Assembly: GCA_944323445.1 (NCBI GenBank)
Contig: CALUSM010000024.1
Location: 1 to 32,000 of the forward strand
Direction: 5' to 3'
Length of the DNA stretch: 32,000 nucleotides
Source of the DNA: an uncultured Bacteroidales bacterium
Lineage (GTDB): Bacteria; Bacteroidota; Bacteroidia; Bacteroidales; UBA932
Below, piece after piece: positions 26,201 through 32,000 of this stretch. Numbering within the stretch: the stretch's first letter is position 1; the number at the start of each line of letters is the position of its first letter. Below the pieces are notes generated by a model. The model saw only the letters and a program-made list of their open reading frames with translations. It was not told the origin of the DNA and ran no database searches. The translations under genes were made by a program, and so were the position numbers.

Positions 26201-27466
26201 GAAGACCGCGCCGCGGCTCTGAATCAGAGCGGCCAAGGCCTCAGGAGAGGACGGCAGCCCATCTACATTGTACCCTGCATCGCGCAGCGCCACGAGAAAA
26301 TTGTACAGCGAGGGCACCACCTCCATACCGGCGGCCGTCAGGGCATTCTGGCCCGCCCCCTTGTAGTAAAATATGGCTATCTTCTTCTCGCTCTCGAGCT
26401 TACGTCTGAGTTCCAGATAGCGGTTGACCGTCTCGGTAAACTCCTGCAGACGCTCCGGAATGGCCTCGAGCCGCTGCAGCCCGTCCTCATCCTCGTAGTG
26501 CCCGAAGAGCACGTAGGGGCGGATGGCTCCGTCTATCTCGGGAGTCACCACGCTCTGGGAGAGGAAGCCCCCGGACATGCCCATCTCATCGGCCTCCCAG
26601 TCGGAGACCAGGGAATTGACATTCAGGGGAGAGAAGATGGGGATGTTGTATTTTTCCAGAAACCTGACCATCCCGTCGCCTAAGCGGCCGTGCGCCATGT
26701 TGACCACCGCCGAAGGGGCTATGGAGTCGAGCTGTCCGGTGCGGAGCATGGGCATGGTGCTGCGGATCGGATAGACGACGTTGCCGGTGGCCTCGAGGGA
26801 GGCTATCAGGTCGGTGGGGTCGCCCATCTGGCCGGTGACGATGATGCGGGGAGCGTCCTCCTTCCATAGGCCATTGTCCCTGAGCCACTGATTATAGGCC
26901 GCTAAGGAGCGGAAGCCCTCCTCCTCCCCTCCGCTACCGTCCGGCGAGGGGTGGTAGATGTTCTCCACCGTGTATTCCTCGGCGGGAGCGGGCTGCGGCG
27001 CGGCGATAACCTTGCGGTCTATCCTGCGGCGGATGAAGGCGAGCATGTTGCGGTAGTTCACCGGACCGCCATAGGAGAGGTAGGCCTGAAGCTCCGGGGC
27101 GAGGGTGGAGTCCACGGTGTTGATGTCGTTGGCCGGATTGGTGACCATGGTCGAGAGCACGGGCAGGCCCCGGTCGGCGGCCTTCTGTATCTGTGCCCGC
27201 TGCTCCTCGGTGATTCTCAGGCCCATGCCGTTGATCAGGAGGATGTCGTAGTGTCCGGCCTTGGAGGCTTCCTCGGGGGTGAGCTCGTAGAGGCGGACCA
27301 TGCGGCTGTCATTGGCCTTGGAGATCTGGCCGAGGGTGATGACCTGGTAGTTCAGGAAGGCCACCCGCGTAGGGGCCGCTAAAAACGCCCAGAGTCCCCA
27401 CAAGATGAGGACTGCCAGGATGGATATCACTATGAATGTTATGAGTTTTGCCGTTTTTTGAATCAT
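23270..27466 (-). CDS. hmuS: CobN/Mg-chelatase-family protein (HmuS-like, putative heme dechelatase)
   Basis: 1398 aa with N- and C-terminal TM anchors. CobN-like segments throughout (e.g. HFGTHGSLEFTPKKQ, GGDPVANPNTLPTGRN, VVQTSGQLRD). Confidence 0.85.
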   Translation of the reverse strand: MIQKTAKLITFIVISILAVLILWGLWAFLAAPTRVAFLNYQVITLGQISKANDSRMVRLYELTPEEASKAGHYDILLINGMGLRITEEQRAQIQKAADRGLPVLSTMVTNPANDINTVDSTLAPELQAYLSYGGPVNYRNMLAFIRRRIDRKVIAAPQPAPAEEYTVENIYHPSPDGSGGEEEGFRSLAAYNQWLRDNGLWKEDAPRIIVTGQMGDPTDLIASLEATGNVVYPIRSTMPMLRTGQLDSIAPSAVVNMAHGRLGDGMVRFLEKYNIPIFSPLNVNSLVSDWEADEMGMSGGFLSQSVVTPEIDGAIRPYVLFGHYEDEDGLQRLEAIPERLQEFTETVNRYLELRRKLESEKKIAIFYYKGAGQNALTAAGMEVVPSLYNFLVALRDAGYNVDGLPSSPEALAALIQSRGAVFGSYAEGAASRFMDGGAPEWVDAPTFARWAQDALPQRLREEVEALNGEFPGPYMSRDGRLALARIELGNVVLLPQPAAGGGQNDFQMVHGTHAAPPYNYIAAYLYARYGFEADAMIHFGTHGSLEFTPKKQVALSRYDWPDRLVGTVPHFYLYTISNVGEGVMAKRRAYATLQSYLTAPFMESNVRGLYRDLSEELQRYEDALYGERPDAARAEDIALRIKELTIEMGIASDLGLDTLDKGVPYTEEEVLRIGNFAEELASEKVTGRLYVMGEPYLPAQIESTVYAMSTEPVAYGLLGIDRARGKDVDGVEKQLSVFNRRYVAPAKKIVARLLAQGRPADDRQLCSIAGITPEELARAREVAASLQAPPDMMSMMAQMAGMQQLKKDSAAGRGMSEMMSAVGRRMMGGRKAQPTQAEKDFARAVSEMEQAVLNVYNYHKALMESPSAELGSMLNALDGGYTAPSPGGDPVANPNTLPTGRNLFAVNAEATPTRSAWEKGVALAENTLRLYRQRHCDSLPRKVSYTLWSSEFIETEGATIAQIFYMLGVEPVYDSFGRVTDIRLIPSEKLGRPRIDVVVQTSGQLRDIAASRLFLIDRAVRMAAEAQDGEYVNNVAEGIRETERILTEKGVTPADARRMSSYRVFGGVNGNYGTGIQGMVTASDRWTSSSEIARVYMNNMGAYYGSEEGWEEFSRYAFEAALSRTDAVVQPRQSNTWGALSLDHVYEFMGGLNLSVKEVTGKDPDAYLSDYRNRNRVRMQELKEAIGVESRTTIFNPSYIAEKLNGGAGDAAAIAETVTNTFGWNVMKPEAVDDRVWDEIYEVYVQDKFDLGVHEHFREVNPAALEEVTAVMLESVRKGLWDATPEQVADIAELHTGLIEEFAPSCSGFVCDNPALQDYIASALPEASASEYRGAIRQIREASVSDASDGMVLRKDRLQSETEKETTLVSNIAVAVLIIALFIGGGLLIRRRRKSSGI

Positions 27467-27484
27467 GCTGCGTTTTTATATTTT

Positions 27485-29626
27485 CTATTTTTTATTGAAA
27501 AACTCCTCGATATTCATCGAAAGGGAGACTGCGGCCGTGGTTCCGACGGTGCTCGGAGTGCTGCTGTAGTAATAGTCGGGCCGGTAGTTGAAGAGGTTGT
27601 CCACTATCACGTTGAGCTGTATGCCCCGCCAGATGTCCTGCGACACGGTCAGTTTCCAGATCGTGTAGGCCGGGTAGGTCTGGGTCTCTGTCTCCTCGTA
27701 GTTGGTGGCGGAGGTGTAGACCTCGGTGGTCACGGCGGAGAGGACGCGGCCGCTGAGAGCCACGTTGAAACCGTAGTTCTTCCAGGACCTGCCGTACTCG
27801 ATGCGGGCCGTGGCCGAATGGGGGCGGGTCTGGGAGAGCAGGGGCTCGCCGGCGCGTATGGCCTCGTCGGTAAAGGTATAGGCCAGCCGGGCCCCGAGAC
27901 CGAAGGGCAGGCGGGTCGAGACGGATACGTCCACTCCGCGCACCTGCAGAGGGCTCATGTTGGTGTACATCATGCCGCCGAGCTCTTCGTTCCAGACGGT
28001 GGTGATACGGTTGTCCACGAAGTTGTAGAAGCCGGAGACAGAGGCGGAAAGGTATTTCCAGTTGTACTCTGCCGAGACATTGAGGTTCTCGCTGGATTCG
28101 GGCTCAAGGTCCGGGTTGCCGTAGATCATGAAGATGCTGGCCATGTCGAAGGACATGTACATCTCCTTGAGGGTCGGGGCCCGGAAGCCGCCGGAATAGG
28201 AGCCTCGGAAGGACCAGCCTCCGGTGCGGTACATCACACTGAGCTTGGGGGAGAAATGGCTGAGCCGCTTCTGGGAGAAGAAGTCGTAGCGCATGCCTCC
28301 GATGAGGTTCCAGTGCTCGTTGATATTGGTCTCCACCTGGGCGAAGACGTCGGCGGTGTGCTGGACATAATATCCGTTGTCCTCGAACTGGTAGGACATC
28401 AGGTAGTCGCGCATGTAGTCGCCCCCGACTATCATGGTGCTCTGCCCGTCGGCTGTCAGGTCGTAGGTGTAGATGCCGCGGACGGTGTGCTGGACGTTGC
28501 TGTAGTCGCGCACGTCGGTGCTGTTGAAGAGCAGGTAATCGCTCTTGTCGTACTGGTCAAAGCCGTAGGACAGTTCCACGCGGTTGCGGTCATTCACGTT
28601 CCACTCCCCGCGGAGACCGCCGCTGAAGTCGCGGTAGCGGTCGCGGGTGTCGCTCTGCAGGTCCCTCTCGCGGAAGAAGTAGCCGGCGCGGGCTGTGAAT
28701 TTCAGGCCGTCCAGCGGCTCGTATTGCAGGCGCTCCTTGACGCTCCAGTTATAGCCGCCGTAGAAGGTGCTGTAGTCGCCCTCCGAGGGCATGGCGTAGG
28801 AGTCGATGCTGGTGTACTGGGCATTGGTCATGCTGTTCAGCTTCCCGGCCTGGAAGCCCACCGAGCCGCCGTAGCGCTGTTCGTTGTGGGCGCCGTAGCG
28901 GGCGTTGACGTTTACGGACCAGGGCTCAGTGGCCCCGGCGCTGATGAGATTGACCACCCCGCCCACGGCATTGGAGCCGTAGAGGGAGGAGGCCGCGCCC
29001 TTGATTATTTCCACGCGCTGGACATTGTCCAGGTTCAGGCGATTGTAGTCGATATTGTCTAATGTCTCACCGGCTATGCGCTCCCCGTCCACGAGGAAGA
29101 GGACCGAGTTGCCGCCGAAGCCCTGCATGTTCAGGGTCACCTGCTGGTCCATCGCGTAGGAGAACTCGATGCCGGGGAGCTCCGCCTCGAGCAGGTCCCC
29201 GATATTGAGGGCATCCACCCTCTCGATGTCCTGCACGGTTATGACGCGGGTGAGTATCGGGCTGTTCTTGAGCAGGCGCGGAGTGCGGGTACCGGTGACC
29301 ACCACCGTCTCGAGGTTCATGTAGTCCTCCTCGAGTACCACGTCCACACTGCCTTCGGGATGCTCCGCGAGGGATATGTCCTGCGACAGGAAGCCCAGAA
29401 GATAAAAATGCAGCACCGCCTTCCCTCCGTCAGGGACTGTGATGCTGTAGCGGCCGTCTTCTCCGGTGGCCGTGTATAGTGTGGAACTGCCCTCCACGGT
29501 GATTTCCACGCCGGCCAGAGGGCTGCCCTTGACATCCGAGACAGTGCCTGCGACCGTGCGCTGCTGAGCGTGCAGGGCCGCGGCCGCCAGCAGGAGGACC
29601 GTCATCAGAAGTATTGTCCTTTTCAT
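27485..29626 (-). CDS. hmuR: TonB-dependent outer-membrane receptor (HmuR-like)
   Basis: 713 aa. Signal peptide, then a carboxypeptidase-regulatory-like domain (VAGTVSDVKGSPLAGVEITVEG...GRYSITV). Plug region (VVVTGTRTP, IEIIKGAASSLYGSNAVGGVVNLI). Barrel ending in an aromatic-rich C-terminus. Confidence 0.9.
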   Translation of the reverse strand: MKRTILLMTVLLLAAAALHAQQRTVAGTVSDVKGSPLAGVEITVEGSSTLYTATGEDGRYSITVPDGGKAVLHFYLLGFLSQDISLAEHPEGSVDVVLEEDYMNLETVVVTGTRTPRLLKNSPILTRVITVQDIERVDALNIGDLLEAELPGIEFSYAMDQQVTLNMQGFGGNSVLFLVDGERIAGETLDNIDYNRLNLDNVQRVEIIKGAASSLYGSNAVGGVVNLISAGATEPWSVNVNARYGAHNEQRYGGSVGFQAGKLNSMTNAQYTSIDSYAMPSEGDYSTFYGGYNWSVKERLQYEPLDGLKFTARAGYFFRERDLQSDTRDRYRDFSGGLRGEWNVNDRNRVELSYGFDQYDKSDYLLFNSTDVRDYSNVQHTVRGIYTYDLTADGQSTMIVGGDYMRDYLMSYQFEDNGYYVQHTADVFAQVETNINEHWNLIGGMRYDFFSQKRLSHFSPKLSVMYRTGGWSFRGSYSGGFRAPTLKEMYMSFDMASIFMIYGNPDLEPESSENLNVSAEYNWKYLSASVSGFYNFVDNRITTVWNEELGGMMYTNMSPLQVRGVDVSVSTRLPFGLGARLAYTFTDEAIRAGEPLLSQTRPHSATARIEYGRSWKNYGFNVALSGRVLSAVTTEVYTSATNYEETETQTYPAYTIWKLTVSQDIWRGIQLNVIVDNLFNYRPDYYYSSTPSTVGTTAAVSLSMNIEEFFNKK

Positions 29627-29628
29627 TG

Positions 29629-30312
29629 TCAGAATTCTAAGGGATATACGTAGTCAATGGTCATGAAGCCCTTGACCTTGCTGTCGTTCATGTAGTTGGT
29701 AAGCTGTATGGCCACCGCTTTGCCCTCCGCTGTTATCAGGACATAGACTTTGCCGGACATCGTGTATACGGGAGGCATGGTGGAGGTATCGACATTGAGC
29801 CATTTGGACAGTTCCGGATTGTACCAGGACGGGGCGTAGACAATGATACCGTCCATCATCCGGGACATGTCTATCGTGACGCGGTCCTCGGTCCAGATGT
29901 CCTCTACCCAGGTGCCCTGGGGCATGGAACCGGATGCGAGCAGGGCGTCTATCGAGGTGAAGGAGGTCTCGATGACCCGGCCGCCGTTGGTCTTGACGTC
30001 GTAGCGGTGCACGGCGAAGTCCCAGCCCTCAGTCACATCTCCTGTCTCGGAACCGTCCTCCGCTATGGCAGTGGTATCCAGGGCAAATGTCTCGAAGTCA
30101 ATGTAGTTCCACCGGGTGTAGGAGGTCGCGTCGAGGTATATCGTACCGGAGGACGTGGCCTGCTCCACCTTCGTAAAACCGAACTCATTGACCTCTACCG
30201 GCTCGTCGTAGATGCCCTCGAAGATCCCGTTGCACGAGGGGAGCGACACGGCCGTCAGGAGTGCCGCCCCCGCCTGCAACATTATCAGTAATGGCTTTGG
30301 GATTCTTTTCAT
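29629..30312 (-). CDS. hmuY: HmuY-family hemophore-like lipoprotein
   Basis: 227 aa. Lipobox LPSC (Cys27). The conserved HmuY core GWDFAVHRYDVKTNGG. It lies immediately upstream of the TonB-dependent receptor. Confidence 0.7.
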   Translation of the reverse strand: MKRIPKPLLIMLQAGAALLTAVSLPSCNGIFEGIYDEPVEVNEFGFTKVEQATSSGTIYLDATSYTRWNYIDFETFALDTTAIAEDGSETGDVTEGWDFAVHRYDVKTNGGRVIETSFTSIDALLASGSMPQGTWVEDIWTEDRVTIDMSRMMDGIIVYAPSWYNPELSKWLNVDTSTMPPVYTMSGKVYVLITAEGKAVAIQLTNYMNDSKVKGFMTIDYVYPLEF

Positions 30313-31146
30313 TTACTTGGTACCTTCAAATTCTACGTTGATGGTCATAGGCATGGCTCCGGGCTTGATATCTGCGCTGACTGTCAGTTTGCTGCCGTCG
30401 GCCGCCACCGTACCTGTAAGGCTGCCGGTCACATTGATCTCTCCTGCCATAGTGTCGATGCTCTCAGCCGCCAAAGCATAGGTGCCGTCAGCAGACTCTG
30501 TGAGTGTCACGTCCACTGTGATATCCTCGAGAGTCATCATGCCCATGCCGAAGCTGGAGATGGTGAGGGATGTCTTGCCGTCGTCCGCTACATCGAGCAC
30601 TACTGTCGCATTCTCCACCGGATCCATGGCGCTGCCCATGACGGACATGTTCAGAGTACCGGTATATGTGCCGCTGAGCACCAGACTGGCAGGAGCCTCG
30701 CCAGGCTGTACGGTAATCTTCAGGCCGCCCATCACGGCGGGGATGTCGAATGTAAATGTGAAGTCATCAGCACTCTTTATGGTCGCCGAGAGGGTGCAGT
30801 CGTACTCACTTTGGGAGTCGGCGGACATGCCCATGACGGTCTTGCCGCTGCCGGTCACTGTGCAGGTGCCGTCAGATTCGGTAACCGCTGCGCCGGTGAC
30901 GGTGAATGTGCCCCAGGTGTCGGAAGTATAGCTGACTGCCACGGTCTCGCCGTTTTCCTCTACAGTGACGGTAATGGTCTGGGTCTCACTTACCATGGGT
31001 GTGGGAGAATACTGGAACTCCGCCTTCGACCAGCCGGAGTAGGTACCGGCAACCTCTGTTGCGGGCTTGATCTCTTCTACGGGATTGCAGCTCATGGCTG
31101 CGAGGGCCGCCATAACGGCCACGGGAATGAATTTTGTCAGTCTCAT
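30313..31146 (-). CDS. Lipoprotein with two tandem calycin-like beta-barrel-type domains (hmu-operon accessory)
   Basis: 277 aa. Lipobox AMSC (Cys20). Two internally similar halves each start GTYSG / GTYTG. T/V/G-rich beta-strand composition. It is the first gene of the operon. The family call is tentative. Confidence 0.5.
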   Translation of the reverse strand: MRLTKFIPVAVMAALAAMSCNPVEEIKPATEVAGTYSGWSKAEFQYSPTPMVSETQTITVTVEENGETVAVSYTSDTWGTFTVTGAAVTESDGTCTVTGSGKTVMGMSADSQSEYDCTLSATIKSADDFTFTFDIPAVMGGLKITVQPGEAPASLVLSGTYTGTLNMSVMGSAMDPVENATVVLDVADDGKTSLTISSFGMGMMTLEDITVDVTLTESADGTYALAAESIDTMAGEINVTGSLTGTVAADGSKLTVSADIKPGAMPMTINVEFEGTK

Positions 31147-31182
31147 TTTATTTATCTTTTATAATTCTTTCAAATGGCACTG

Positions 31183-31190
31183 CAAAATTA
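31183..31190 (-). promoter_or_regulatory. -7 promoter box (TAATTTTG on the - strand) for the hmu-type operon
   Basis: Exact TAnnTTTG match on the - strand, 37 nt upstream of ATG 31146. Confidence 0.4.
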
Positions 31191-31301
31191 CCGTCCGCGC
31201 CCTCCCCGGACAATCGCCAAAAATAGGGATTCCGCCATCCCCGCATAATCATCTGTTGCGAGAATGACGGAATCCGTCTGCTGTTTTCTATTGCCCGCGT
31301 C

Positions 31302-32000
31302 CTATCTCAGGAGACACTCGGGGGCCTCCTTTCCAAGGAGCCAGCGGTACCAGAAGATCAGGTCGGAGTTGGAGGAGTGGATGGCCTGATAGCCTCTGTA
31401 TCCATGATATCCGCCGGGGTAGATCATCAGCTCAAACTGCTTGTCGGCCTTCTGGAGGGCATCGATGAGCTGGAGGGTGTTCTGCATGTGGACATTGTCA
31501 TCGGCTGTTCCGTGGGTGATGCGGAGCATCGAGCCCTTGCCGCCGCGGTACTTGTCGGCACGCTCCCATACGCGGGTGAAGGCATAGCCCTCGGGATTGT
31601 CCTCGGGAGTATCCATGTACCTCTCGGTATAATGGGTGTCGTAGAGCTGCCAGTCGTACACTCCGCCGCCGGCTATACCGTACTGGAAGTAGTCGGCGCC
31701 GTCGGTCAGGGCCAGGACGGTCATCGTGCCGCCGAAGGAGAATCCGGTGATGCCGATCTTCTCAGCGTCCACGTAGGGGAAGGTCCTCAGGTACTTCACC
31801 CACTCGATGTAGTCGGCCAGTTCGGTCTGTCCGAGGGAGCGGTAGACGTAGTTGACGCCCTCCTTGCCGCAGTGGCCGGAGGCGCGGTGGTCGATCGATA
31901 TCTGGATGACGCCCTCGATGGCCCAGAGCTGGTTGCCGCGGGAAGGTGCGCTCCAGCGGTCCATCACCGTACCGGAGTTAGGACCGCCGTACATGGAGAC
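31302..32000 (-). CDS. S9-family serine peptidase, DPP-IV-like catalytic domain (C-terminal part; gene continues beyond the right window edge)
   Basis: Catalytic triad context: GITGFSFGG (Ser), HGTADDNVHMQN (Asp), YPGGYHGY (His). The frame is open to the window end. Confidence 0.85.
   Translation of the reverse strand, partial: VSMYGGPNSGTVMDRWSAPSRGNQLWAIEGVIQISIDHRASGHCGKEGVNYVYRSLGQTELADYIEWVKYLRTFPYVDAEKIGITGFSFGGTMTVLALTDGADYFQYGIAGGGVYDWQLYDTHYTERYMDTPEDNPEGYAFTRVWERADKYRGGKGSMLRITHGTADDNVHMQNTLQLIDALQKADKQFELMIYPGGYHGYRGYQAIHSSNSDLIFWYRWLLGKEAPECLLR

Noticed and set aside
27458-29062. 534-aa + strand ORF
   Set aside because: Antisense shadow of the TonB-dependent receptor gene. V/G/A/H-rich low-complexity sequence.
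31243-31256. Fur-box-like half site (ATAATCAT) upstream of the hmu-type operon
   Set aside because: Only one half-site-like octamer, and it is 50-70 bp upstream of the predicted -7 box rather than overlapping it. Not enough to call an iron-responsive operator.

Overview
Annotated by eye from the sequence and ORF track; family calls rest on recalled motifs, not searches. The window looks like a Bacteroidales chromosome segment. Many genes are preceded by the Bacteroidetes -7 promoter box TAnnTTTG, there is an hmuY/hmuR-type heme operon, and the housekeeping genes are GC-rich with long antisense shadow ORFs.

The centre (about 2850-15560) is a visibly lower-GC island that is exactly one CRISPR-Cas locus:
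- On the + strand: an RT-Cas1 gene whose RT domain has lost motifs 1-3 and is split by a frame break, then cas2, a 467-bp leader carrying repeated ATTTGCGAAA motifs, and an array of 11 repeats (35 bp) and 10 spacers.
- Convergent on the - strand: a translationally coupled type III-B operon, cas6 - 760-aa fusion - cmr1 - cas10 - cmr3 - cmr4 - cmr5 - cmr6.
- The 760-aa fusion has a DHH/DHHA1 (NrN-like) phosphodiesterase N-terminus and a CorA-type C-terminus with two TM helices and a GMN motif.
- Cas10 has no HD domain but keeps GGDD. No CARF or SAVED effector is present.

This is the architecture of the CorA/NrN class of type III systems, characterised in Bacteroides fragilis as SAM-AMP signalling. 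Here the signal-degrading enzyme is fused to the membrane effector. This is the most interesting feature of the window.

Left flank: a partial secreted-protein gene, an AAA-ATPase/PD-(D/E)XK protein and an Abi_2 abortive-infection-like gene.

Right flank: deoxynucleoside kinase, iorBA, panC, panD, a UPF0104 membrane protein, an outer-membrane beta-barrel protein, a 7-gene hmu-type heme uptake/dechelation operon and a partial S9 (DPP-IV-like) peptidase.
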